NCBI RefSeq assembly: GCF_044647545.1
Contig: NZ_CP172818.1
Reading direction: 5' to 3' (one strand)
Origin: Escherichia coli
GTDB taxonomy: Bacteria; Pseudomonadota; Gammaproteobacteria; Enterobacterales; Enterobacteriaceae
Length of the DNA: 64,000 nucleotides
The notes beneath the pieces are model-generated. The model had not been told where the DNA came from, made no database searches, and saw only the letters and a list, made by a program, of their open reading frames with translations. Both the position numbers and the translations under genes were made by a program. Positions 34,248-45,479 of this stretch are shown here, in pieces; within the stretch, counting starts at the first letter, position 1, and each line of letters begins with the position of its first letter.

Positions 34248-36442
34248 AATTTTTCCCCTTTCAGCAGGGTGCTTTGCGCACCACGAGGCTTGATGACATA
34301 GCACCAAACTTGCTTACGACCATCATGTTCTTCGATATAGACACCCTGAAGCTCCGGTGCAAAACCTGGCAGCAGGTTGATCCCTTCTTCCAGAGCGCTG
34401 AAGTAACGCAGAACAGCACCACCCCAGATTTCACCCGGAACAACACACAGCACTCCCGGAGGATAAGGAAGCGCACCTTCTGCAGCGATACGGCCTTCTG
34501 CATCCGGCAGACGAACCAGCTCCACTTCACCGCGTAAATAGGCGTAGTTGGCTTCTTGTGGATTCATGCTGACACGTGGGAAGTGTTCCTTACGAAACAT
34601 CTCTTTTTGCAGTTGTTTCACGTTGTGACGGGCATACAAATCATGCATTTCCTGACACAACTGACGCAGGGTATAACCGGTGTAGCGCTCTTCATGCTGT
34701 TTGTAGATGGAAGGCAGTACTTCTGATAATGGCGCGTCGGACTCAAGCAGTTTTTCGAAGCGTACCAGCAGAGCAGCAAGTTGCTGAAGTTTGGCCATAT
34801 CTTCTGCCGGAGTCAGCAGAAAGAGGATGGAGTTAAGATCGCATTTTTCCGGCACTACGCCATTTTCGCGCAGGAAGTTAGCAAGAATCGTCGCGGGTAC
34901 ACCGAACGCTTCATATTCGCCGTTACGTGCATCAATACCTGGGGTTGTCAGCAACAGTTTGCACGGATCGACAAAGTATTGATTCTCTGCATAGCCTTCA
35001 AAAGAATGCCAGTGCTCACCTGGTACAAACTGGAAGAAGCGCAGATCAACCGCAATTTGCGCTGTTTCATACGACTGCCAGGGTTTACCATCCACCAGTT
35101 CAGGTACGAATGGACGAATATGCTGACAGTTATCGAGGATCAGTTTGCGGGCATTAATGCCATTTACCACACAATCCATCCACATATTACGACCGCTGAC
35201 ACCTTCATGCATTTTGGCGTTGATATCCAGTGCGGCAAACAGCGGATAGAACGGGCTGGTGGAGGCATGCATCATAAAGGCGTTGTTCATGCGTTTGTGC
35301 GGTACATAACGCTGTTGCCCTTTGATATGGCTGTCTTTTTTATGGATTTGTGAAGTCTGGGAAAAACCAGCCTGCTGTTTATGCACAGATTGCGTAACCA
35401 GAATACCCGGATCGTTCTCATTTAGATCCAGTAACAGCGGTGAACAGTCCGCCATCATCGGGATAAACTGCTCATAGCCGACCCATGCGGAGTCAAAGAG
35501 GATGTAGTCACACAGATGACCCATTTTATCCACCACCTGACGGGCGTTATAAATCGTACCGTCGTAAGTGCCTAGCTGAATAACGGCGAGGCGGAAAGGA
35601 CGCGCCTCTTTTGCCCGCTGCGGTGCGACTTCTGTAATCAGTTCGCGCAGGTAATTTTCTTCGAAGCAGTGGGCATCAATACCACCGATAAAGCCATACG
35701 GGTTGCGTGCGGTTTCCAGATAAACTGGTGTTGCGCCAGCCTGTAGCAACGCTCCGTGGTGATTAGATTTATGGTTATTACGGTCAAACAGCACCAGATC
35801 CCCCGGTGTTAACAGGGCGTTTAAAACCACTTTGTTAGAAGATGAAGTGCCATTTAGAACGAAGTATGTTTTATCGGCATTAAACACTTTTGCCGCATGT
35901 TGCTGTGCAATGCATGGCGCGCCTTCGTGAATCAGCAGATCGCCCATTGCCACATCCGCGTTGCACAAGTCAGCACGGAACAGCGCCTCACCAAAGTATT
36001 CCACAAACTGATTCCCCGCCGGATGGCGACGGAAAAATTCGCCGCCCTGATGACCGGGGCAATCAAACGCGCTGTTACCCTGATTGACATAATCGACCAG
36101 TGCGCGGAAGAAGGGCGGGCGCAGTTGAGTTTCATAATGGCTGGCTGCGGTTTCTAACTGACGACCATAAAATTCTCGTCGCGATTCGCAATTCTCAAAG
36201 ACACCCGAAATACGGGGCAAATACTCTGCGGGTACACGTTCTTGATTTTCAGTAGCAATAAATACCGGGATGCCATAACCCGTGGCATCGATTTCATCGA
36301 GTTTTCCGCGTGTAACATCGTTGAGCGATAAAACTATTGCCGCCACATCGATATTACTGTTTTCATTAATATAGATACATTCTCGCTGCGTGGTAAAACA
36401 GTCCGGGCAAGAATCACTAACCGCAATTTTTAATTTTGACAT
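34244..36442 (-). CDS. speF: Inducible ornithine decarboxylase
   Basis: ORF 34244..36520; 732 aa from MSKLKIAVS; fold-III PLP decarboxylase. Confidence 0.9.
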   Translation of the reverse strand: MSKLKIAVSDSCPDCFTTQRECIYINENSNIDVAAIVLSLNDVTRGKLDEIDATGYGIPVFIATENQERVPAEYLPRISGVFENCESRREFYGRQLETAASHYETQLRPPFFRALVDYVNQGNSAFDCPGHQGGEFFRRHPAGNQFVEYFGEALFRADLCNADVAMGDLLIHEGAPCIAQQHAAKVFNADKTYFVLNGTSSSNKVVLNALLTPGDLVLFDRNNHKSNHHGALLQAGATPVYLETARNPYGFIGGIDAHCFEENYLRELITEVAPQRAKEARPFRLAVIQLGTYDGTIYNARQVVDKMGHLCDYILFDSAWVGYEQFIPMMADCSPLLLDLNENDPGILVTQSVHKQQAGFSQTSQIHKKDSHIKGQQRYVPHKRMNNAFMMHASTSPFYPLFAALDINAKMHEGVSGRNMWMDCVVNGINARKLILDNCQHIRPFVPELVDGKPWQSYETAQIAVDLRFFQFVPGEHWHSFEGYAENQYFVDPCKLLLTTPGIDARNGEYEAFGVPATILANFLRENGVVPEKCDLNSILFLLTPAEDMAKLQQLAALLVRFEKLLESDAPLSEVLPSIYKQHEERYTGYTLRQLCQEMHDLYARHNVKQLQKEMFRKEHFPRVSMNPQEANYAYLRGEVELVRLPDAEGRIAAEGALPYPPGVLCVVPGEIWGGAVLRYFSALEEGINLLPGFAPELQGVYIEEHDGRKQVWCYVIKPRGAQSTLLKGEKL

Positions 36443-36699
36443 TTTCCAACTCTTTATTTTTGGTAATAGCAGGTCCTCAATTTCTCGAATGAGAAATCGA
36501 TCGTGCCGGAAAAAAAGCAAAGTTACCCCGCTGATAAATTAATCAGAAGTTTGCTTTTTTCAGAATGCAGAAACCCTTATCAGTCCGGTGGCTGATAATA
36601 CAAGGGTTAACAGAGAATGAGCACTGCGGAATACAGGCATATGCCTGTAATACAGAGAGTCAGGAAGACCTGTACGCTGAAGTGCCCTTAGTCGGTAGA

Positions 36700-36804
36700 C
36701 TAACGGGCATTGAAGAAGTGAAAGTCGAAGCTATTGCGATGAGCAAACTTCATAATATGAGTTGTCCGCCTTATATGGGGCATAGTGCGGCTGTTATTTT
36801 CCAT
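36700..36804 (-). CDS. speFL: SpeFL leader peptide (ornithine-sensing ribosome-arrest peptide)
   Basis: 34-codon ORF MENNSRTMPHIRRTTHIMKFAHRNSFDFHFFNAR on minus strand with AGGAAAGG SD upstream. Confidence 0.7.
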   Translation of the reverse strand: MENNSRTMPHIRRTTHIMKFAHRNSFDFHFFNAR

Positions 36805-37037
36805 TTAATTTACCTTTCCTGATGTGAATGAAGGTGAAGGTATTCTATCCAGGAAATACGGTTGAACTGTGAAGGTGATCAATAAAAAATGATCAATCTT
36901 AATTTATTTAATGATGAGCTTTTTACTCAGTAATATAAAATATTGAATTGTTATTTTTGTGTGTTGTTTAAGATAAAAAGCCGTATTTATTATTACGGCT
37001 TTAATTAATAAAAGGCAGGATGTATTAAAATTAATAT

Positions 37038-37715
37038 TCAAAGCATAAACCGATACCCAATACCGGTTTCAGTAATGAAATGGCGGGGGCGAGCGGGATC
37101 CTGTTCCAGTTTTTGTCGCAGATGTCCCATATAAATACGCAAATAATGGCTGTGTTCGACCGCGTTTGGCCCCCACACCTGGTTAAGGAGCTGGCGCTGG
37201 GTGAGCACTTTTCCGGCATTGTTGAGCAGCACCGCCAGCAGGCGAAACTCAATCGGGGTGAGATGCACCTCTTCCTCACCGCGATGGATCACGCGGGCGG
37301 CTAAATCGACGGTCACATCGGAAAATTTCACCAGCGGATCGGGCGCGGTGGTGGCGGAGTGGCGGCGTAAAGCGACGCGCAGACGGGCCTGCAATTCGCC
37401 AATACCAAATGGCTTACTCAGGTAATCATCCGCTCCGGCATCCAGCGCGGCGATTTTGTCGCTCTCTTCGCTACGTGCGGAAAGCACAATTACGGGCACC
37501 GCGCTCCACTGGCGCAGGTCGCGGATAAACTCAATCCCATCGCCATCGGGCAGGCCGAGATCGAGAATAATCAAATCTGGTTTACGGGTTGCCGCTTCCA
37601 GCAAGCCCCGTTGTAGCGTTTCGGCTTCAAAGACGCGCATACCGTCGCCCTCCAGCGCTGTGCGCAGAAAGCGACGAATAGCTTGTTCATCTTCAACAAT
37701 CAGAACGTTTGTCAC
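37038..37715 (-). CDS. kdpE: KDP operon response regulator (OmpR family)
   Basis: 225 aa ORF, receiver Asp plus winged-helix C-terminus. Confidence 0.95.
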   Translation of the reverse strand: MTNVLIVEDEQAIRRFLRTALEGDGMRVFEAETLQRGLLEAATRKPDLIILDLGLPDGDGIEFIRDLRQWSAVPVIVLSARSEESDKIAALDAGADDYLSKPFGIGELQARLRVALRRHSATTAPDPLVKFSDVTVDLAARVIHRGEEEVHLTPIEFRLLAVLLNNAGKVLTQRQLLNQVWGPNAVEHSHYLRIYMGHLRQKLEQDPARPRHFITETGIGYRFML

Positions 37716-40396
37716 ATATCCTCATGAAATTCTTCAAGTTCAGGAGCGGTTTGCTGGGGAAGTGTAACACGAAAACAGGCACCGCCTTCCGGTCGGTTGA
37801 ACGCGGTAATGGTGCCGCCGTGTACATCCACAATCGCCCGACAAATTGCCAGCCCAAGCCCGACGCCCGGCACTGCCGACTCTTTATTCCCGCGGGCAAA
37901 CTTATCGAATATCGTCTGCTCCTGGCCTGGCGGAAGACCGGGGCCGTTATCCCAGACATCCAGTTGTAGATTTTCGCCCTCAACGTGGGCATCGATACCA
38001 ATTTCGGCCTGCGCACCCGCGTATTTCACCGCGTTTTCCAGCAGATTAATCAGCACCCGTTCAAAGAGTGGCCCATCAACGTGGATTAAGGTCAGCGGTT
38101 CTGGCAAAGACAGGTTGATGGGCGATGATAATCCCGGTTCCAGCATTTGCAGCGCGCTGCCGACCACTTCTTCCAGCGTTAACCACTCTTTCTTCAAATT
38201 AAAGCCGCCGGACTGAATTCGCGCCATATCCAGTAGATTATTCACCAGTCGGGTCGTGTTCAGCACATGCTGGCGAATCTCGCTGGCCTGGCGGGCGTGG
38301 GGCGATCCTTCGCTTGCCAGATCGAGCGTTAAGATTTCGGCCTGACCGAACAGCACCGTAAGCGGCGTGCGTAAATCATGCGAAAGTGCCGCCAGCAGGG
38401 CGTTGCGGATCTGTTCACGTTCGCTTGCCATCCGCGCCTGTTCTTCGCTGGCGGTCAGTGTCAGCCGCTCAAGCGCATTGGCGACTAACAGCGTAAACGT
38501 CTCCAGCAGGCGTTGCTGTTCCGGGATCATCAACTGGCGCAGATTCCCCGGTTCCACCACCACCAGCCCGTAGGTTTTCTCGCCGCTTTTTAGCGGCAAA
38601 ATCTGGTACGGTACACCGGGTAACGTGTCGGTGCCCGCGCCCGCAGGCAGGCCTTTATCAAAACTCCACTGCGCGATGGCATCGTCCCACGGCGTCATTC
38701 CTTGCGGATGTGTTAACGGCTGCAATTTACCGTTGTCATCAGGCAGCAACACCTGGCTACGGGCATGAAACGTGGAGGCAATAAACTGTTCGCTGGTGGC
38801 GGCGATATCCTGCGAACTACGGCCCACAGCCAGAGCTTTGGACATTTCATATAAGTGCCGTGTGCGTTGTTCGCGGTAACGGGCTACCCGCGCCTGATAA
38901 CGCACGCCAGCAGTAAGGTTCCCGATCACCAGCCCGACGGTTAACATCACCGCGAAGGTCAGCAGATATTGCACATCAGAGACGGCGAGCGTGCCGCGTG
39001 GGGCGATAAAAAAGAGATCGAAACTCACCACATTAATGACGGTGGCAACCACCGAAGGCCAGCGTCCGTAAAATAGTGCCACCACCACGACGCCAAGCAG
39101 ATACAGCATCACCAGGTTGGCGGCATCAAACGCCATCAGCCACTGCATGGCAATTAAGGTGATAACGGCGCATAACGCGGCGGCAACCACGCATCCCTGA
39201 ATCTGTACCCGCCACTTGTCTTTAAAAGAGCGGCTATCCGGCGCGTTGTTAATCGTGCGGGCGGGTGGTTCATCAAGCGCGACCAGCACCTGATCGAGAT
39301 CGGGGGCGATTCGCGCCAGTCGGTCAGCAAACGTTTCCCGACGCCACCAGCGGCGCGAGGCCGGGCGACCGAGAATAATCTTGCCGAGATTATGTTCACG
39401 GGCATAACGCACTACCGCTTTCTCTTCCGCTGGATCAGAAAGTGTTGCCGTCTCCGCGCCCAGCTCCTGCGCCAGACGTAAGGCGCTGAGAATTGCCCGA
39501 CGTTTTTTCTCCGGTAAGCGATGCAGGGCAGGGGTTTCAACATACACCGCGTGCCAGACACTACCCAGGCGCGAGGCCAACCGCGCCGCCGCGCGGACCA
39601 GTTTCTCACTGCCGGTGTTATGCCCGATGCATAAAAGGATCGCGTCGCGTGTGTGCCAGACTTTCTCTTCGCCAGGATGCCCCCGCCAGGCGCGCATTTG
39701 CTCATCAACGCGATCGGCAGTACGGCGCAGTGCCAGTTCGCGCAGGGCGATCAGATTGCCTTTGCGGAAAAAATGTTCAATGGCGCGCTCCGCCTGCCCG
39801 GCAATATAGACTTTGCCTTCTTTCAGCCGCTGGCGCAGATCGTCCGGGGGCAAGTCCACCAGTACTACGTCGTCGGCGGCATCAAAAAAAGGATCGGGCA
39901 CGGTCTCCCGTACCTGAATTCCGGTGACGCCGCTGACCACATCATTCAGACTTTCCAGATGCTGAACGTTGACGGTAGTGAAAACATCAATGCCAGCTTC
40001 CAGCAGCTCTTCGATGTCCTGCCAGCGTTTAGGATGACGTGAACCTGGCGCATTACTGTGCGCCAGTTCGTCCATTAAGATCAGTGCCGGACGGCGGGCG
40101 AGGGCGGCATCGAGATCAAACTCGCTGATGTGCCGCCCACGGTACGCCTGGCGTTTTAACGGCAGAACAGCCAGACCTTTCAGCATGGCGGCGGTATCTT
40201 TCCGACCGTGGGTTTCTACCACGCCAACCACAATATCCAGCCCTTGCGCCCGCAGTCGCTGGGCTTCCGCCAGCATCGCCCAGGTCTTCCCGACGCCTGC
40301 GCAGGCACCGAAGAATACTTTCAGCTTCCCCCGATGCGGCGCGGCAGCTTGTTCCAGCAGACGATCGGGGTCGGGACGTAAGGGTTCGTTATTCAT
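37712..40396 (-). CDS. kdpD: KDP sensor histidine kinase
   Basis: ORF 37712..40429; 894 aa from [10 protein letters not shown]; KdpD N-domain, USP, four TM helices, HisKA/HATPase. Confidence 0.95.
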   Translation of the reverse strand: MNNEPLRPDPDRLLEQAAAPHRGKLKVFFGACAGVGKTWAMLAEAQRLRAQGLDIVVGVVETHGRKDTAAMLKGLAVLPLKRQAYRGRHISEFDLDAALARRPALILMDELAHSNAPGSRHPKRWQDIEELLEAGIDVFTTVNVQHLESLNDVVSGVTGIQVRETVPDPFFDAADDVVLVDLPPDDLRQRLKEGKVYIAGQAERAIEHFFRKGNLIALRELALRRTADRVDEQMRAWRGHPGEEKVWHTRDAILLCIGHNTGSEKLVRAAARLASRLGSVWHAVYVETPALHRLPEKKRRAILSALRLAQELGAETATLSDPAEEKAVVRYAREHNLGKIILGRPASRRWWRRETFADRLARIAPDLDQVLVALDEPPARTINNAPDSRSFKDKWRVQIQGCVVAAALCAVITLIAMQWLMAFDAANLVMLYLLGVVVVALFYGRWPSVVATVINVVSFDLFFIAPRGTLAVSDVQYLLTFAVMLTVGLVIGNLTAGVRYQARVARYREQRTRHLYEMSKALAVGRSSQDIAATSEQFIASTFHARSQVLLPDDNGKLQPLTHPQGMTPWDDAIAQWSFDKGLPAGAGTDTLPGVPYQILPLKSGEKTYGLVVVEPGNLRQLMIPEQQRLLETFTLLVANALERLTLTASEEQARMASEREQIRNALLAALSHDLRTPLTVLFGQAEILTLDLASEGSPHARQASEIRQHVLNTTRLVNNLLDMARIQSGGFNLKKEWLTLEEVVGSALQMLEPGLSSPINLSLPEPLTLIHVDGPLFERVLINLLENAVKYAGAQAEIGIDAHVEGENLQLDVWDNGPGLPPGQEQTIFDKFARGNKESAVPGVGLGLAICRAIVDVHGGTITAFNRPEGGACFRVTLPQQTAPELEEFHEDM

Positions 40397-40961
40397 CAAG
40401 CTTATCCAGTGCCAGATTGAGTTCGACAATGTTGACGACCGGCTGGCCGATATAGTTCACCAGCGGTTGTTGGCTGTATTTTGCGATCAGTTGCGTGAGC
40501 TGTTCAACGCTGAGATTACGCGCTTTCGCCACGCGTGGGATCTGCCAGGCCGCCGCTTGCGGGGTGATGTTATTGTCCAGCCCGCTTGCCGACGCCGTCA
40601 CCAGTTCAACCGGAACGCTCGTGCTGGCGTCCGGGTTAGCGGCCCGTAATGCGGCAACGCGTGCGGCTATCTGTTTATCCAGCTCCGGGTTACTGACTGC
40701 CAGATTGCTCCCGCCAGAAGCCTGTGGATTATAGGGCATTTCTGCTGTTGCCGACGGGCGACCATGAAAATAGCCGTTGCCGGTAAAATTTTGCCCGATT
40801 AATGCCGAACCGCGCACCGTATCACCTTCACGAATCAATGAACCGTTGGCCTGCCAGGGAAACCACCATTGCCCCAGTGCGGTGGTCAGCAGCGGGTAAA
40901 CGCCGCCAGTAATCAATAACAGAAAGAGAAATGTCGATAATGCCGGACGTAATCCACTCAT
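40389..40961 (-). CDS. kdpC: K+-transporting ATPase subunit C
   Basis: ORF 40389..40985; 190 aa from MSGLRPAL. Confidence 0.9.
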   Translation of the reverse strand: MSGLRPALSTFLFLLLITGGVYPLLTTALGQWWFPWQANGSLIREGDTVRGSALIGQNFTGNGYFHGRPSATAEMPYNPQASGGSNLAVSNPELDKQIAARVAALRAANPDASTSVPVELVTASASGLDNNITPQAAAWQIPRVAKARNLSVEQLTQLIAKYSQQPLVNYIGQPVVNIVELNLALDKLDE

Positions 40962-40969
40962 GGTAAACC

Positions 40970-43018
40970 TCACACCAGACCGCAAACGGTTAGCAGTAAA
41001 TCAATGACTTTGATACCAATAAACGGCACCAGCAGCCCACCCAGACCGTAAATCCATAAGTTACGGCGCAACATGGCAGAAGCGGTAAGCGGTTTATAAC
41101 TCACGCCTTTTAACGCCAGGGGAATCAAAAAGACGATAATCAAGGCGTTGAAAATCACCGCACTGAGAATGGCGGAGTCGGGCGAATGCAGGCGCATGAT
41201 GTTCAGCGCATTTAACTGCGGATACGTTGCCGCGAACGCCGCCGGAATAATGGCGAAGTATTTCGCCACATCGTTGGCAATGCTGAAGGTGGTCAGCGAG
41301 CCACGGGTCATCAGCATCTGTTTGCCAATATGTACCACCTCGATCAACTTGGTCGGGTTAGAGTCGAGATCCACCATATTGCCCGCTTCTTTCGCCGCCT
41401 GAGTACCAGAGTTCATCGCCACCGCGACATCTGCCTGCGCCAGCGCCGGAGCATCATTGGTGCCGTCGCCGGTCATCGCCACCAAACGGCCTTCCGCCTG
41501 ATACTGACGAATCAATGCCAGCTTGGCCTCCGGTGTCGCTTCGGCGAGAAAATCATCGACACCCGCTTCCGCAGCTATCGCGGCGGCAGTCAGACGGTTA
41601 TCACCCGTAATCATCACCGTTTTAATGCCCATTTTGCGCAGTTGGGCGAAGCGCTCTTTAATACCGCCTTTGACGATATCTTTCAGCGCAATAACGCCCA
41701 GCACATGAGAACCTTCCACCACCACCAGCGGCGTAGCTCCCTGACGCGCAACCTGATCGACTTTTTGATCAACATCGGCAGGGAAGTGACCACCGTTAGC
41801 CTCAACATGGCGGCGAATGGCATCGACAGAACCTTTACGGATCATGCGGTTGTCGATGTTGATCCCGCTCATCCGGCTTTGCGCAGTAAACGGTACAAAG
41901 GTGGCGTGAAGCGACTGCACATCGCGCTCACGCAGGTTAAAACGCTGCTTGGCGAGGATCACAATACTGCGGCCTTCCGGCGTTTCATCAGCCAGCGAAG
42001 CCAGTTGTGCGGCGTCAGCCAGCGTTTTTTCATCCACGCCCTGCGCAGGGATAAACTCCGACGCCTGACGGTTACCAAGTGTGATGGTGCCGGTTTTATC
42101 CAGTAGCAGAACGTCAACGTCACCTGCCGCTTCAACTGCACGTCCGCTGGTGGCAATCACATTCGCGCCCAGCATCCGACTCATCCCGGCGACGCCAATC
42201 GCTGACAACAGGCCGCCAATAGTGGTTGGGATCAGACAGACCAGCAGCGCCACCAGTACCGTTACACTCACTGCATTACCGCCCCACGCGGAAAACGGCC
42301 ATAGCGTGGCGGTTGCCAGTAAAAAGACGATAGTCAGGGCAATCAGGAGAATGGTCAGGGCAATCTCGTTCGGCGTTTTGCGTCGCTGTGCGCCTTCCAC
42401 CATCGCGATCATCCTATCCAGAAATGTCTCGCCGGGGTTAACGCTGCACTCAATCACCAGCCAGTCAGAAAGAATACGCGTGCCGCCAGTGACGGAGGCA
42501 AAATCGCCGCCGGATTCACGGATCACCGGTGCCGATTCCCCGGTGATGGCGCTTTCATCGACCGATGCGCCGCCTTCAATGACTTCACCATCGCAGGGGA
42601 TAATATCGCCAGCTTCTACCAGCACGATATCGCCTTTACGCAGTTGATCGGCAGGAACTTTGTCCGCCGCAGCGCCATATTTCGGCTCACGAAGCTTGCG
42701 GGCAAAGGCAGTTTTTTTCACCCCTTTCAGACTGTTGGCCTGCGCTTTACTGCGGCCTTCTGCCAGCGCCTCGGCGAAATTAGCGAACAGTACGGTGACC
42801 CACAGCCAGCCGCTAATTGCCGCGCTAAACAGCGCATTGCCAGGCATCGCACCGCTTGCCATTGCGATGCAAATAAAGGTGGTTAACAGACTGCCGATCC
42901 AGACGATAAACATCACCGGATTGCGCCATTGCGCCTGCGGGTTTAATTTTTTCACCGCTTCTTTCAGCGCCTGAACGACAAGTGTTGGTTCGAATAGCGC
43001 CAGTTGTTTACGACTCAT
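40970..43018 (-). CDS. kdpB: K+-transporting P-type ATPase catalytic subunit B
   Basis: 682 aa ORF with DKTGT phosphorylation motif and TGDN. Confidence 0.95.
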   Translation of the reverse strand: MSRKQLALFEPTLVVQALKEAVKKLNPQAQWRNPVMFIVWIGSLLTTFICIAMASGAMPGNALFSAAISGWLWVTVLFANFAEALAEGRSKAQANSLKGVKKTAFARKLREPKYGAAADKVPADQLRKGDIVLVEAGDIIPCDGEVIEGGASVDESAITGESAPVIRESGGDFASVTGGTRILSDWLVIECSVNPGETFLDRMIAMVEGAQRRKTPNEIALTILLIALTIVFLLATATLWPFSAWGGNAVSVTVLVALLVCLIPTTIGGLLSAIGVAGMSRMLGANVIATSGRAVEAAGDVDVLLLDKTGTITLGNRQASEFIPAQGVDEKTLADAAQLASLADETPEGRSIVILAKQRFNLRERDVQSLHATFVPFTAQSRMSGINIDNRMIRKGSVDAIRRHVEANGGHFPADVDQKVDQVARQGATPLVVVEGSHVLGVIALKDIVKGGIKERFAQLRKMGIKTVMITGDNRLTAAAIAAEAGVDDFLAEATPEAKLALIRQYQAEGRLVAMTGDGTNDAPALAQADVAVAMNSGTQAAKEAGNMVDLDSNPTKLIEVVHIGKQMLMTRGSLTTFSIANDVAKYFAIIPAAFAATYPQLNALNIMRLHSPDSAILSAVIFNALIIVFLIPLALKGVSYKPLTASAMLRRNLWIYGLGGLLVPFIGIKVIDLLLTVCGLV

Positions 43019-43040
43019 ATTCAGTGCTCACTCAATATCA

Positions 43041-44714
43041 TCAGGAGAGATATTCCGCCACCGGACCAAGCGCCAGGGCAGGGATAAAGGTCAGTGCGCC
43101 AACCAGCAACACGGTGCCGATTAACAGGCCAACAAACAGCGGGCCGTGCGTTGGCAATGTGCCGGAGCTGGCGGGTTGGCTCTTTTTACTCACCAGCGAA
43201 CCGGCAATTGCCATCACCGGGATAATCACCCCGAAGCGCCCGACAAACATGCACAACGCCAGTAAACAGTTCCAGAATGGAGAGTTGGCGCTTAATCCGG
43301 CAAAGGCGCTGCCGTTGTTGTTAGCGGCGGACGACACGGCGTACAGCACTTCGCTAAAACCATGCGGGCCAGGGTTGAGCATGGCGCTACGTCCGGCGTC
43401 GGTCATCATCGCCAACGCCGCGCCCATCAGCACCAGTGTTGGAGTAACCAGAATCGCCAGTGCGGTCAGTTTCATCTCGCGTACGTCGATTTTTTTACCC
43501 AGATATTCCGGTGTACGACCAATCATCAGCCCGGCAATAAACACCGCCAGCAGGACAAACAGCATCATGCCGTAAAGGCCGGAACCGACGCCGCCGAATA
43601 CCACTTCACCAATTTGCATCAACCACATCGGCACCATGCCACCAAGAGCGGTAAACGAATCATGCATCGCAATCACCGCGCCACAGGAAGCCGCCGTAGT
43701 CACGACCGCAAACAGGCTACTGACCAGCACGCCGAAACGACTCTCTTTACCTTCTATATTGATGCTGCTGTCCGCGCCCAGTGCCAGCAGATGCGGATTA
43801 CCCTGAACTTCTGCCCACATCACCACGCCTGTGCAGATGATAAAAATCACTGACATCGCCCACAGCAACATGCGCCCCTGACGGCGATCGCCCGCCACTT
43901 CGCCAAAGGCAAAGCACAGTGCCGTTGGGATCAAGAAGATCGCCAGCATCTGCACGAAGTTGGTCAGTGCGGTTGGGTTTTCAAACGGATGCGACGAGTT
44001 GGCATTAAAGAAGCCACCGCCGTTAGTGCCGAGCATCTTTATCGCTTCCTGAGAAGCCACCGGACCCATTGGTAACAGCTGTTTCGCTCCTTCAACGGTA
44101 TTCACCGCCTGATAGGGCTGAAAGTTTTGCAGCGCACCTTGTTGAATAAAAAACAGTGCGATCAACAACGCCACAGGGACTAGCACCCATAACGTGATGC
44201 GTAGCAGATCGACCCAGGCATTCCCGAGTGTGCTCATGCTCTGGCGGGTAAACGCACGGATGAGGGCAAAAATCACCGCAATCCCGCTGGCGGCAGAAAG
44301 AAAGTTTTGCACCGTTAAGCCCGCCATCTGGCTGAAATAGCTCAACGTGGTTTCACCGCTATAAGATTGCCAGTTGGTGTTCGTGACAAAGCTGACGGCG
44401 GTATTGAGCGCCAGATCCCACGACAGCCCCGGCAACTGCTGTGGATTAAGCGGCAGATAGTGCTGACCGAGCAACATAAAAAACAGCACCGCCAGCCCCA
44501 GTATATTCAGGCCAAGAATGGCTGAGAGATACTGCTTCCAGTTCATCTCGCGGTCAGAGACGCCAAGCGCGCTAAAGAGTACGCGTTCAACGCCCGTCGT
44601 ACCAGGAAGAGGTATATCATTAATCAGCCGCGCCAGCCCGCTACCTAAGGGACGCGCCAGCACCATTAATACCAGTAAAAACGTGGCAATCAGTAAGAAC
44701 CCTTGCGCAGCCAT
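43041..44714 (-). CDS. kdpA: K+-transporting ATPase channel subunit A
   Basis: ORF 43041..44858; 557 aa from [12 protein letters not shown]. Confidence 0.9.
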   Translation of the reverse strand: MAAQGFLLIATFLLVLMVLARPLGSGLARLINDIPLPGTTGVERVLFSALGVSDREMNWKQYLSAILGLNILGLAVLFFMLLGQHYLPLNPQQLPGLSWDLALNTAVSFVTNTNWQSYSGETTLSYFSQMAGLTVQNFLSAASGIAVIFALIRAFTRQSMSTLGNAWVDLLRITLWVLVPVALLIALFFIQQGALQNFQPYQAVNTVEGAKQLLPMGPVASQEAIKMLGTNGGGFFNANSSHPFENPTALTNFVQMLAIFLIPTALCFAFGEVAGDRRQGRMLLWAMSVIFIICTGVVMWAEVQGNPHLLALGADSSINIEGKESRFGVLVSSLFAVVTTAASCGAVIAMHDSFTALGGMVPMWLMQIGEVVFGGVGSGLYGMMLFVLLAVFIAGLMIGRTPEYLGKKIDVREMKLTALAILVTPTLVLMGAALAMMTDAGRSAMLNPGPHGFSEVLYAVSSAANNNGSAFAGLSANSPFWNCLLALCMFVGRFGVIIPVMAIAGSLVSKKSQPASSGTLPTHGPLFVGLLIGTVLLVGALTFIPALALGPVAEYLS

Positions 44715-44803
44715 CAGAACGCCTCCGCATTGATCAGGGCATAAACCAGATAACCCAGTAATAAAAACACCAGCAACACGCCGGCTATCACGCCTGCACT
44801 CAC
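44714..44803 (-). CDS. kdpF: KdpF small membrane subunit (29 aa, GTG start)
   Basis: [29 protein letters not shown] single TM helix; stop overlaps kdpA start. Confidence 0.7.
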   Translation of the reverse strand: MSAGVIAGVLLVFLLLGYLVYALINAEAF

Positions 44804-44884
44804 AGTGCACCTCCAGTGGCCTAAAAGTGATACCGGAAGGGTAGAGTTCTGGCTGCAAAGATTTCGCAAAAATCTGCGGGCGGG

Positions 44885-44906
44885 GTGTAAAAAAAGTATA
44901 AAAATG
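44885..44906 (-). promoter_or_regulatory. Candidate KdpE operator upstream of kdpFABC
   Basis: T-rich element (minus strand catttttatactttttttacac) about 80-100 bp upstream of kdpF. Confidence 0.5.
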
Positions 44907-45115
44907 GCAAAAGCCATGATTTAACTAATGTTTAGTATTAATTTAACTTTTATGTAACTTAATTACACAGTGAATGTAAATAAACCATCAATAAGCAAAA
45001 ATAAGTGGTCGGATGAGTAGTAAAATTACACAAACAGCGGTACTATTTTCATCAGATAAACGAATTCATTTTTCCGGTGCTATTCACCGGGTAGATACAA
45101 AAGGGGGAGAAAAGT

Positions 45116-45322
45116 ATGGAACTCTACAAAGAATATCCTGCATGGCTTATCTTTTTACGCCGTACTTGTGCGGTTGCAGCGGGCGTTCTGGCGCTGCCTT
45201 TCATGCTTTTCTGGAAAGACCGCGCCCGCTTTTACAGCTACCTGCACCGCGTCTGGTCGAAAACCAGCGAGAAACCGGTGTGGATGGATCAGGCCGAAAA
45301 GGCAACTGGTGATTTTTACTGA
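45116..45322 (+). CDS. ybfA: Small membrane protein YbfA
   Basis: 68 aa ORF with RBS GGGGGAG, one hydrophobic segment. Confidence 0.8.
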   Translation: MELYKEYPAWLIFLRRTCAVAAGVLALPFMLFWKDRARFYSYLHRVWSKTSEKPVWMDQAEKATGDFY

Positions 45323-45479
45323 TTGCTGAGTTCTGAATACATTGAAAACCGCCAGCGGAAACGCTGGCGGTTTTATATAAATTTTCCTATTTTCTTTCTA
45401 CATTCTCACTTAAGCTTTCTTTAAATCTGTAGTTTCGCCTGTCAGCAGACAAATAACCCGATAAAACAAGGATGAGCAG

